Positions 20,825 to 31,516 of a stretch of DNA of 64,000 nt are shown here, piece after piece. The stretch lies in NCBI GenBank assembly GCA_000004985.1, contig GG738885.1; one strand, 5' to 3'. Under the pieces are notes generated by a model. It saw nothing but the letters and a program-made list of their open reading frames with translations, was not told the origin of the DNA and made no database searches. Position 1 is the stretch's first letter; each line of letters begins with the position of its first letter. The stretch comes from Naegleria gruberi (lineage: Eukaryota). The position numbers were made by a program, and so were the translations under genes.

Positions 20825-21214
20825 ATGAGTTATTATGGCAACTATCCAGCTCATCACGGCTATGGCGGATATCAACCAAACATGATGCAACCTCCACAAC
20901 AGCAACAACAACAATATGAAGATGAAGAGGATCATGGAAATAATGTTGCTGACGAATCCGATGTTATTCCAACTCATTTTAGACAATTGAGAGCTTGTTT
21001 GACTTGTGGTCTTGTTAAAACTACTGATCAATTTAAACAAAATGGATGCGAAAATTGTCCAAAGGATAATGATACGCTTTCTAATACAACAACATCATTT
21101 GAAGGATTAATTACATTGATGAATCCACAAAAGAGTTGGGTCGCTAGGTATCAAAACTTGCAAGACAAAGTTGAAGGAGTTTATGCAATCACTGTTCACG
21201 GACAACAAAATTAA
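20825..21214 (+). CDS. SPT4: Transcription elongation factor SPT4 (DSIF small subunit) with a Q/Y/G-rich N-terminal extension, 129 aa.
   Basis: LRACLTCGLVKTTDQFKQNGCENCP...TSFEGLITLMNPQKSWVARYQNLQDKVEGVYAITVHG aligns with the Spt4 zinc-ribbon and NGN-binding core (LRACLLCSLVKT..FE.DGFENC...SF.G.I..M.P..SWV.KWQR....GVYA..V.G). Confidence 0.8.
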   Translation: MSYYGNYPAHHGYGGYQPNMMQPPQQQQQQYEDEEDHGNNVADESDVIPTHFRQLRACLTCGLVKTTDQFKQNGCENCPKDNDTLSNTTTSFEGLITLMNPQKSWVARYQNLQDKVEGVYAITVHGQQN

Positions 21215-21887
21215 TACTAGGAAAAAATTTCATCAATTTGTAAATAAATCGTCATAATCATCATTTCCGAATCAATTATTATCATGGTGTAATCTTCAAT
21301 AATAATTAAATAATTAATGTTGAAGAACCGCCCAATTTATTGTTATTTAAAAATTTAAAATAATAAAATTTGGCTTTAAAAAATATTTGAAAGGCTCCCG
21401 TTGATTGTTGCCAAGGAAATAATTCATCATGTTGGTGGTTATTTCCTTTCTTCTTGTATGATTTGGCTTTCATACACATGTTGATGTGGAATAAATATTC
21501 TTATTCATTGCTCCCACGCTCGGTAGTTTTAGCTACCACCCAACCCTAAGGTGTTTTTGGCGTGTCGATTTTCATGTCGATACTGCTGATGAACAACAAT
21601 GTTTTCGAAGGTCATTAGAGTGGATTTTGCAGAACCTTCTACTCTAATTATGTGTTAGGTTCTGCTTGGTAATGGGTTGGAATATTTATTTCACTGATGT
21701 GATGTTTGCTGGTTTTTATCATTGATACAGCGACTCGTACGTATCTTCTCTATGGAGGATATGAAGGGTTAGCCCTGTTATTGTCACTTATCGGTAGTAG
21801 GACCTGTCAAGCATAGAAGGCAGTCGACAACACTTGAATATTTAAGAGAAAATTCACACACTTTACACAAGACACCTTATACACTAA

Positions 21888-22898
21888 TCACATTAATGAC
21901 CTTTTAGAACTAGTAGTACTTTTGGAAGATGGTGGTCTAACAAAATCAAAATCACTACCAATGTCTCTTCTATTCCTTGTTGAACTGGGAAGAGAATGAT
22001 TTTGTCTAAGTGGAGATTTTAATGAATCATGTAAAGCACTCCTCCATCCACTAAATGAGCTTCTCGTATCAATTCTTCTACTTGCTGCTGAATTGGAACT
22101 TTCCTCAGTTTTAGGCCTTCCTTGAGGACCTGCAGAGCTTGCTCTCTTCTGTTTTGAATAGAATAATTGAGGTCTCGAAATATTTACAGATCTAGTCATA
22201 CTTCCAAAAGTTGAAACATCGTGTAAGTTTTCATACACTTGGTCTCTATGTACACCCTTATCAAATTTTTGTTGTGGTCTTATTCTTGGAGTTGAAGGTG
22301 GATGCTGAATATTTACAACACTTTTTGGTCTCCTCAATTGAGCAGATTGTGATCTTTTTGTTGAAGGAATTCCTATTGAAGGAAGTGGAGGGACTGGTGG
22401 AGCTTGATCGAACTCATCTATTATTTTATAATCTTCCAAAACTGCATCCGGAATATTAATAGTGTCACCATCCTCTAATAAACTATCGTCATGTTCCTCA
22501 TGAGCTCTAATTCTTTCCTCCATCGACCTTAGTTGCTCTCTGACAAATTGATATTCTGCCTTATATCTATTCATGTTTACTTCATATCTAGGATTAATTT
22601 TCTGTTTTGGGAAAGCAAAACTTTCCTTCTTTTTCTTAAACTTTTTTTTATCATCATACATTATTTGGTCCGATTCCATATTTACAGTTTTTGAAAGGCT
22701 TGTCGATGTTATTGTTGTTGTATCTTGTCTTTTCAAATTTTGATGTTGGTCTGATCCTGTTGGTCTCCAAATAACTGATTCCAAAACTCTTCCTTTTTTC
22801 CTACTATATGCATGTTGTTCATTCTCTTCATCATTTCCTGTTGTGGTCGGAATAGTTCTCGGTTGTTTTACTTCCACTGACAAGTACAGAGGAGGCAT
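21888..22898 (-). CDS. Hypothetical S/P/R/K-rich low-complexity protein, 336 aa.
   Basis: Complete ORF. It has a basic stretch (KKKFKKKK), an acidic/coiled segment and a P-rich tail. No recognised domain. Confidence 0.4.
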   Translation of the reverse strand: MPPLYLSVEVKQPRTIPTTTGNDEENEQHAYSRKKGRVLESVIWRPTGSDQHQNLKRQDTTTITSTSLSKTVNMESDQIMYDDKKKFKKKKESFAFPKQKINPRYEVNMNRYKAEYQFVREQLRSMEERIRAHEEHDDSLLEDGDTINIPDAVLEDYKIIDEFDQAPPVPPLPSIGIPSTKRSQSAQLRRPKSVVNIQHPPSTPRIRPQQKFDKGVHRDQVYENLHDVSTFGSMTRSVNISRPQLFYSKQKRASSAGPQGRPKTEESSNSAASRRIDTRSSFSGWRSALHDSLKSPLRQNHSLPSSTRNRRDIGSDFDFVRPPSSKSTTSSKRSLM

Positions 22899-23275
22899 TT
22901 TTAAAGTAAGGTAAATTAAGAAGTTATTTTTCTAAAATGTTGGTTGATGACTGAGAACATTCAGTTAACGTTCAATCAAAGGGTTCTCGAGATAATCCAA
23001 ATAAGGATTTAGTATTGTCTCATTGAGGTTTGGATTTAAAAAGATAAATTAACCTGTCATTACTTTCATTCAATTTTGAATAATTCAATTTGCAATTTTG
23101 ATAATGGAGAACAATGCTATTAATTTCTAATACCAACAAATAAAAGATTATTTGAAATAAAGAATGATGAAGTTAGTGAATTTCTTTTTAATTCAGCTTG
23201 GATTCAATTTAGCGAACGACATTATTGATCATTCAACTCTCCACAAGAATAATTAATTTTATTCTCACAAAAAAA

Positions 23276-25709
23276 ATGTTGTATGTATTCATCAATCATC
23301 ATCACGAATTTTTTTTAACGCAAAATTAGATTTAAACTTGATGGCTTGGAGGTCTTCTTTCCATATGACAAAATATATCCTGAACAATATGATTATATGC
23401 GAGATCTTTATAGTTCTATCAGAAAGGGAGGTCATTGTCTTCTAGAAATGCCTTCGGGTACTGGTAAAACAATTTCTCTCTTATCTTTGATTACATCTTA
23501 TCAATTAACAGAGGAAGGAAAGAGTAGAAAATTAATTTATTGCACAAGAACTGTACCGGAAATGGAAAAAGTATTGGAGGAATTAGGTTCATTGATTGAA
23601 TACAGAAAAAAGTATACTGACAGTCCCATTATTGGGGTTGGCTTGAGCAGTAGAAAAAATCTTTGTATTCACCCAAAAAGTCAAAGTTTTCTTCATGATG
23701 GTGCCCAAGTTGACAGTGTTTGTAGAGGTTTAACAGCCAGTTGGCTTAGAGCTGAAGCTAAAGAAAAGGTAGAATCTAGTAATGGTACTATTCAACCAGT
23801 GATTTCAAATAATAATGCTACAGCAACAGTGGATGACATTGAATTATGTAATTATTTTGAAAGATTTATTGAAGCCAATCCTACTGACACAATATTACCA
23901 AATGGTGTTTATACTATGAGAGATTTGAAAGTTTTCGGAAAAAAGAAGGGGTGGTGTCCTTACTTTCTTTCAAGAAGAGCCATTGAATATGCAAATGTTG
24001 TTGTCTACAGTTATTCATACCTTTTGGATCCAAAAATTTCTTCAATTATTTCAAAGAATTTACCAGCTAACTCTATCGTAGTATTTGACGAAGCTCACAA
24101 CATTGATAACGTCTGTATTGAAGCATTATCAATTAATATCGACAGAGATATACTTGGTGTAGCTAAATCCAATCTTACAAAACTAGAAGAAAATATTGCT
24201 AACATGGAAAAAGTAAATAGTCAAAGATTACAGGAGGAATATAGAAGACTTGTGGATGGACTAGGTGCTGTTGGAGTTGGAAGAAGTTCTGATGTGATAA
24301 GATCTGATGATGAATTACTTTCTAATCCAGTATTGCCAGGTGATATTATGACAGAGGCTGTACCTGGTAATATCAGAAAAGCTCACCACTTTGTAAAATT
24401 TATGAAGAGATTTGCAACCCATGTAAACAAAAGATTACAAACACAAAAGTCTGTCAATGAGACACCTGAACAATTTTTGAACCATGTTCTTGAAAATATA
24501 GATATTGATTCAAGGTCTCTAAGATTTTGCTCTGAACGTTTATTATCACTTATGAATACTCTAGAAATCAAGAATATATACGAGTTTAATGGAATTAAGA
24601 TTATAATGGATTTTGCCACATTGATTGGTACTTATCAGGAAGGATTTGTAATTATTATAGAACCACACGATCCAAGAACACCAACAAATCCTGATCCAGT
24701 TCTCCAATTCAGTTGTATGGATGCATCTTTAGCTATTAGCAAACCTATTTTCGGTAGATTCAAAACTGTAGTATTAACAAGTGGTACACTCTCACCTTTG
24801 GATATGTATCCAAAATTATTGAAATTCAAACCAATCATTTCTAAATCTCTTGAAATGACTTTAACCAGAGAATGTATTTGCCCACTTGTATTGACCAGAG
24901 GTAGTGATCAAGTGGCAGTCACAACAAAATATAGATTCAGAAATGATGCCTCTGTTCAAAGAAACTATGGAAGCTTACTTTTGGAATTATCCAAATACAT
25001 CCCTGATGGCATCGTCTGCTTTTTCACATCATATCAATATATGGAGGATATTGTTTCCTTTTGGAACAGTGTTGGTTTATTGAGTTCTATCACCAACCAC
25101 AAACTTGTATTTATTGAAACTCCAAATACTGCTGAAACTGCAATTGCCTTGGAAAATTATAGAAAGGCATGTGATTGTGGTAGAGGAGCTATTTTCTTTA
25201 GTATTGCAAGAGGAAAGGTTGCAGAAGGTATTGACTTTGACGGTCATTACGGTAGATGTGTTGTAATGATTGGAGTTCCATTTCAAAATACTGAAAGTAA
25301 GATTCTTAAAGCCAGATTGAATTATTTGAGACAAAACTTTGCAATCAAAGAAGAAACATTCCTTACATTTGATGCTCTTAGACATGCTTCACAATGTATT
25401 GGGCGTGTTATCAGAAATAAGGCCGATTATGGTATCATGGTTTTGGCAGATAAAAGATATAATCAACCAGATAAGAGAAATAAGCTTCCAAAATGGATTG
25501 CTAAACAAATCAAGGATACCTATCTCAATTTATCAACTGATATGATTATTGGTATTGCCAGGAAATATTTGAAGGAAATGGCTCAACCATACACTGCTAC
25601 TAATCAATTATTGGGACCTGAGGAGATCGAACAACGATCAAAGAAGAGAAATTTCGAAGATGTTACAGATTTACCAACAGAAGATTCTCAACCTCCTCAA
25701 AAGAAATAA
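23276..25709 (+). CDS. XPD: DNA repair helicase XPD/ERCC2/Rad3 (TFIIH subunit); proposed 5-nt first exon (23276..23280, ATGTT) plus 23330..25709.
   Basis: EMPSGTGKT (Walker A), DEAHN (DEAH box) and four Fe-S Cys (NLCIH, VCRG, ELCNYFE, GWCPYF). C-terminal HD2 motifs are GAIFFSIARGKVAEGIDF and QCIGRVIR. The track ORF begins at a TTG (23346) with a stop just upstream. Splicing ATGTT|GTATGT...AATTAG|A gives MLFKLDGLEVFFPYD, matching the XPD N-terminus MKLNVDGLLVYFPYD with DGL at the same positions. Confidence 0.85.
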
Positions 25710-26411
25710 AGCTAACATTCATAACTTCCATTTCTGTTATTATCTCAAACTGTTAAGGGACCTTTTAAGTTTATTGAACATACTGCAGACTGTAGTTCAT
25801 GTAGTTCAATGTATTAACAGCATTGTAATAGACTTGTCAGTGCCCAACAGCTAATGCCCTTTTTCAAAAAGAAAGTATTTTACATAAAAGGTTATTGTGA
25901 ATCAAAATCTTTTGTTTCGTCGGTGATAACATATCCTGGTTGAATCAATCTACTTGTCATTGTCTTCCCTTTCAAAATCAACTTCTTGTTAACTCTTACT
26001 CATAGTATTATTGATTGAAACTTATTTGTACATTTTTGTATTTGGTTTTTTTTGTATTAGAGTTTTACAGCTGGTTGAAGTCGCTCACAATAATATGTTG
26101 AGAGAAAAATCTCCACCTATCCTTACTAAGCGCATGAAGCAAATATTTGTTCGTTAACCTTGTTATCCATTAGAAGGTTTAATATGAGTAACAATGGATC
26201 ATTTCATTGAACACTAGAAGCAACAAGACTTGAGTGCACTCACGTGTTCTTGCAATGATGATGAAATTGTCTGTAGTGAGAAGAAAAAAGTTTTGGCGGA
26301 AAACAACCACCGTCCTGAAACATCTAATCACCAATAAAATTAAAAAAAAATAATTGTTGTTGTATTCAACATTTATCTCTAATCAGACCACTTCTTTTCT
26401 CCAAAAACAAA

Positions 26412-28151
26412 ATGTCTGATACCACTATTACAACATCAACCGTTCCTTCTAGGAAAGTCTTTATGGATGATGATATCAGAGGTATTAACTTTCAAGAAAG
26501 AGTGATGAAGGATGTTCCAGCTCCTGTATGGAATTATATTCCTGCAAATGACCTTTTCGATAATGATGGACTTCCAAACATACAAAATTTAAAGAAACAT
26601 TTACTCAGAGAAGGCAGAATAAATCCAAAAGATGCCATCAGACTCATAAACAAGGCTGCAGAAATTTTGAGAGATGAACCAAACTTGTTGCAATTACAAG
26701 ATCCAATTACAGGTAGGTTTCTATTGTACAATAGAAAATAACAATAATTGATCCTCCCTATCTAACTATATAACAATTTTAAATTTTATACAACATTTTG
26801 TATCAAACACAATAGTATGCGGAGATGTTCACGGACAATACTATGACTTGGTTAAATTGTTTGAAATTGGTGGTGATCCTTCTGGAGATGTTAAATATCT
26901 TTTCTTGGGAGATTACGTTGATAGAGGTTATTTTGGTACAGAAGTTTGTTTCTTGTTATTGTCCTACAAAATCAGATATCCAAATTCCTTCTTCATGTTG
27001 AGAGGTAATCACGGTATGTATTTAATATTAATATTATTATTAATTATTTCTTTATAGAATGTCGCCACTTGTCTGCCTATTTCAACTTTAAACAAGAATG
27101 TCTTTTCAAATATAGTGATGAGATCTATGATTGTTTCATGAATTGTTTTGATTGCTTACCATTGGGAGCTTTATTGAACGGTAGATTTTTGTGTGTTCAT
27201 GGTGGTCTTTCACCTGATATTAAGACATTGGATGATATTAATGATATTGATAGATACCGAGAACCTCCAAGCAATGGTCCAATGTGTGATTTATTGTGGT
27301 CTGATCCTATGGATGATGAAGAAGAAGAGATTAATCCCGACAGTGAATACGTAAATAACGAATTAAGAGGATGTTCCTACGTTTTCAGCTTTGAGGCCGT
27401 TAATAGCTTCTTGAAGGAAAATAACTTGCTCTCTGTTATCAGAGCTCACGAAGCTCAAGATGAGGGCTATCGTTTATATAAGAAGGGTCCATCTACAGGT
27501 TTTCCAACTGTTATTTGCATTTTCTCTGCTCCAAACTATTGTGATGTTTATAATAACAAGGGTGCTATCATTAGATTCCAAAATAACTTGATGAACATTA
27601 GACAATTTAACTGTTCTGCTCACCCATACTTCTTACCTAACTTTATGAACACATTTAACTGGTCCTTACCATTTGTTGTTGAAAAGGTCATGGACATGTT
27701 CAATGTTATTTTGAACTTGTGTGATGAACAAGAAGATGCTGACTCTGATACTGAAGAACCAACTTTGGGTCAAACAAGTATTACTCCAGAAAGAGCTGAT
27801 CTTATTAAGACTAAGATTCGTAGTGTTGGTCGTCTTTGCAGAATGTATACCACTTTGAGAGAAGAACATGAATCGATAGTTATGCTTAAGGGTTTGGCTG
27901 GTGGTGTTTTACCAAGAGGATTACTGTCACAAGGTCCAAACGCTATTCGAAATGCTATTATTGATTTTGAAACAGCTAGAAAACTTGATGAAGTTAACGA
28001 AAAGATGCCAATGCAATACAAGAAGGAAAGAGAAACAAATCCACCAAGAAAGCTCAAGAGAACTGAATCAGAAATTGTCAGAGATTTATCTAACCCTTTT
28101 AAGAAGCCTGAAATTAAGGTTGAAAATGACAATATGGATTGCAAAAACTAA
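26412..28151 (+). CDS. canA: Serine/threonine protein phosphatase 2B catalytic subunit (calcineurin A), 3 exons: 26412..26712, 26816..27013, 27058..28151; about 530 aa.
   Basis: After splicing, the PPP signature reads ...DPIT|[12 protein letters not shown]...GDYVDRG...LRGNH|ECRHLSAYF... (GDxHG, GDxVDRG, GNHE). SAPNYC is present. A calcineurin-B-binding and autoinhibitory-type C-terminus follows. Introns are GTAGGT..ATAG and GTATGT..TATAG, and the joins are in frame. Confidence 0.9.
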
Positions 28152-28344
28152 ACCAACACTCACTTGTAACAATTATTAATTGTTGTTGCATTACAAAATT
28201 GTACTCAATAAATTTGTTAAATAGACTATTATCAATACCAAAGTTTTCGTGCTCAATTTGTTTTTAATGAAGAAAGTTTTTACAAACAAGAGATTAATAA
28301 TTCCAAGTTTATTCAACAAATTACATCAGATTGTTTTGTGACAT

Positions 28345-28848
28345 TTAGACATTTTCGAGTTCGACCAGCACACCTCCACAGTCCTTTGGATGTAAAAAGA
28401 TAACAGGCTTTCCGTGAGCTCCAATTTTTGGTTTCTTATCAAGAGATCTAATTCCTTTTTGTGTTACAACTTCCAATGCCTTATTGATATCTTCAACTTC
28501 AATACAAACATGATGAATACCACCAGATGGATTCTTTGTCAAAAAGTTTTCAATTGGTGACTTGTCTCCGAATGGATATAATAATTCAAATTTTGTATTT
28601 TCCAATTCAACAAAAACAACTGTAACACCATGTTCTGGCAATGTTTGTGGCTGACTGACGAGTTTAGCCTTTAAAATATCTCTGTAGAATGATGAAGCTT
28701 TTTCAAGATCCGGAACAGCAATTGCAACGTGGTTAAGTCTTCCTAATTTTAATTCGTCGACAATTGAAGTAGAATATTGTCTACGAGTAACGGAAGTCAT
28801 ATTACGTCCGAATGATTTGAGAAGGTTGGATGCTGATTGTCTGAACAT
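28345..28848 (-). CDS. MCEE: Methylmalonyl-CoA epimerase (VOC/glyoxalase-fold), 167 aa, with a mitochondrial-like leader.
   Basis: LGRLNHVAIAVPDLEKASSFYRDILKAK...HGVTVVFVELENTKFELLYPFG...GGIHHVCIEVEDI...IGAHGKPVIFLHPKDCGGVLVELE is nearly colinear with animal MCEE (LGRLNHVAIAVPDLEKA..FY...HGVSVVFV.LGNTKMELLHPLG...GGMHHICIEVDNI...GAHGKPVIFLHPKDCGGVLVELE). Confidence 0.85.
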   Translation of the reverse strand: MFRQSASNLLKSFGRNMTSVTRRQYSTSIVDELKLGRLNHVAIAVPDLEKASSFYRDILKAKLVSQPQTLPEHGVTVVFVELENTKFELLYPFGDKSPIENFLTKNPSGGIHHVCIEVEDINKALEVVTQKGIRSLDKKPKIGAHGKPVIFLHPKDCGGVLVELENV

Positions 28849-28979
28849 TTTTTTGAGAGTTGTTTATTTGGTTCTTTCTGCAATAGAATTAAAAATGGAT
28901 AATACGTACTGCTTTGTGGTATTATGCAAATGGAATAGTTTACAATAAAAATAAATTCATTTAAATATTATTTACATTT

Positions 28980-30131
28980 TTAATAATACAAATTAGAATT
29001 ATATCTTCCGTAATACCTTGGACTTTCTGACCCAACATTAAAATTACTGGAGCTACCATTTCTAGAAAAGGAAGGTGAAGATTTTGAATCATTATCAGAA
29101 CTGCTTCCACTAGTATAGGATGATGAAGATGTTTGCTTTAGAGATTTAACTTCTGATTGTAATCTTCGATTTTCCATTTCCAATATTTGAAATTTTTGCT
29201 TATATTCATGTTGAAGGAAAGATAATTGTTTTTCAGAATCTTCAAACTTAGATTTGTATGTACTGGTTTTTTCTTGTTCTCGTTTGATCATTTGTTTTAA
29301 TTGTTTAATTTCTTCAAGATGATCATTTTCAATATTCTTAATTTCTTCTCTATTTTCTGCCAAAATCTTTTCCTTTTCCTTTCTTGTTTGTACAAGTAAT
29401 TGTTGATATTTTTCACTATTCTGATGAATTGCCTTTTCTAGAGTTTGAATTTGCTTTTCTAATAATGTTTTTTCCTTTTCAATATTTTTAGTATTTCTCA
29501 AATGTTGTGCATTAGATGATTGTAATTTTTCAACATTCTTTTCTAAATCTTTAATTTGTATTGCTAGTTGTGTCTTTTCCTTTTCTAATCTTGATCTATT
29601 TAATTGTTCTTGATGTAATTCCATAGATTTCTTAACTGTAGTATAGACTGTTATATCAGATCCGCTAGAATTACGATCCGATGATGATGAAGGTGATGAA
29701 TAATTATTATTGGAAATTGATTGTTGTTGTTGCTGCTGTTGTTGTTGTTGAATTTTAGCTAATTTACTTTCATAGCCTTCAATAATATTAAATATTTTAC
29801 TTCGTGATTCTAGTATTTCATTCTGTAACTTTTCAATTAGTGGAACAAAATGACTATTAATTTGTAATTCTACTGATTCTACTAAATTTACAATTGGTGT
29901 TTCCGTCATCATTAATTGTTGTTGTTCCGATAAAAGAGAATTTGATGGTGTTGTGGGTGATGAAAGATATAGTCCTCCTCCTCCGCCTCCATTATTAATA
30001 ACTTGATCATCTCTACCACCACTATTATTTCTCTGATTAAGTGTAGATAATGATGAAGATAGAGGAGTGGAAGGTAAAGTTGAAAAAAGTTTTGATGACA
30101 TTTTTTTTGAATTTCCAATAAGGTTGCTCAA
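28980..30131 (-). CDS. Coiled-coil protein with a poly-Q tract (Q11) and S-rich termini, 383 aa; hypothetical.
   Basis: Complete ORF. Heptad-rich central region (LEKNVEKLQSSNAQHLRNTKNIEKEKTLLEKQIQTLEKAIHQ...). The poly-Q is encoded by a CAA/CAG run at ~29701-29750. Confidence 0.5.
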   Translation of the reverse strand: MSNLIGNSKKMSSKLFSTLPSTPLSSSLSTLNQRNNSGGRDDQVINNGGGGGGLYLSSPTTPSNSLLSEQQQLMMTETPIVNLVESVELQINSHFVPLIEKLQNEILESRSKIFNIIEGYESKLAKIQQQQQQQQQQSISNNNYSSPSSSSDRNSSGSDITVYTTVKKSMELHQEQLNRSRLEKEKTQLAIQIKDLEKNVEKLQSSNAQHLRNTKNIEKEKTLLEKQIQTLEKAIHQNSEKYQQLLVQTRKEKEKILAENREEIKNIENDHLEEIKQLKQMIKREQEKTSTYKSKFEDSEKQLSFLQHEYKQKFQILEMENRRLQSEVKSLKQTSSSSYTSGSSSDNDSKSSPSFSRNGSSSNFNVGSESPRYYGRYNSNLYY

Positions 30132-30391
30132 GTTGTTGTGTGTTATCTATTTTTTGTTGATTTGTTAGTATTTTATGATCATCTAGTGAGGATGTTGATC
30201 AAGAGTTTGTTGTAATTGTTTTTTTTGAAAATCACATGACATGTTTGGGTATTTCTATATTAGGAGTGATTTGATATTATTAATGACCAAAAATAAAAAA
30301 ATCTTCAAACGTGATCGAGCATTCCAAATATAAACCAGTTTATTTAACAAAGCCAGGATAGAGTTTTATTTAATAATTATAAATAAAAAAA

Positions 30392-31378
30392 ATGAGTCAA
30401 GATATAGAGCCTTCTGCCAATGATCTTTCTGTTTCGAATAGATTTGAAATAGTCTTTTCTGACGATGCACTTTTTGAAATTCTTTCTTTCCATGATGATT
30501 TTAAATTTATTGTAATGAATTGTGCACTTGTTTCAACACAGTGGATGAATGTCATTAGGGAAAGAGTAAAACTACTTTCACTAACATGTTCTAATGCAAA
30601 ATTGTGGAATTTCCAAACAAGGAAACTTGAATTTTTACCAAATATTACAACTCTAACCGTTAAGAGGACAGTAAAATATAGTTTTTATTATGAACCTCTC
30701 AAAACAATGAACCAATTAACTAGTCTCAATATTAATGGACATTTTTTTTGTAAACATGGAATTCCACAACTTTGGAGAATTATTGATGAATTTAAACAAT
30801 TAACTAATTTGAATATTGGAAACAATATTATTGGAGATATAGGAGTTGCTCGTATTAGTGAAATGAAACAATTGACTAGTCTGAATGTTTGTAATAATGA
30901 TTTTAGTCAAGAAGGTGTTAAATCTATTAGTGGATTGAACCAATTAACACAACTAAATATAGTAAACAATAGAATTGGCTCAGAAGGAGTCAACCTTATT
31001 TGTGGGATGGTTCAATTGACCTCCCTTAATATTGCAACCAATTATATTGGTTTTGAGGGAGCTAAATTAATTAGTACTAGAATGAAACAATTGACAATTC
31101 TCGATATTTACAATAATAATATTGGACAAGAAGGAGCAGAATTCATTAGTAAAATGAATCAATTAACAAAACTAAATATTGGAAAGAATAATATAGGTCA
31201 GCAGGGAGCCAAGTATATAAGTGAAATGAAACAATTAACCACTCTCAACATTAGTCGTAGTCATATTGGTAGAAAGGGAGAAAAATACATTAGAGAAATG
31301 AGACATTTAACTTTTCTTGATTTGGGAATTCCCAAAAAGATTTCATCCAAATCAAAAAACTACCAAACCATGTTGTGA
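30392..31378 (+). CDS. Leucine-rich-repeat protein (RNI-like 24-28-aa repeats) with an F-box-like N-terminus, 328 aa.
   Basis: At least nine repeats of the form MKQLTSLNIxNNNIGxEGAKxIS, plus an N-terminal FEILSFHDDFKFIVMNCALVSTQWMNVIRERV. Confidence 0.6.
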   Translation: MSQDIEPSANDLSVSNRFEIVFSDDALFEILSFHDDFKFIVMNCALVSTQWMNVIRERVKLLSLTCSNAKLWNFQTRKLEFLPNITTLTVKRTVKYSFYYEPLKTMNQLTSLNINGHFFCKHGIPQLWRIIDEFKQLTNLNIGNNIIGDIGVARISEMKQLTSLNVCNNDFSQEGVKSISGLNQLTQLNIVNNRIGSEGVNLICGMVQLTSLNIATNYIGFEGAKLISTRMKQLTILDIYNNNIGQEGAEFISKMNQLTKLNIGKNNIGQQGAKYISEMKQLTTLNISRSHIGRKGEKYIREMRHLTFLDLGIPKKISSKSKNYQTML

Positions 31379-31516
31379 ACTTTTTTCCGTTCAGCTTCAA
31401 GACCTTAGCTGGGATACAAATCAAAGCCACAGGTGTGAGAAAAAACAATTATTCTTTTTTGATTTGTCTTTATATAAATATTTCAATGTTAGGATTGAAT
31501 TTGTTTTTTATAAAAA

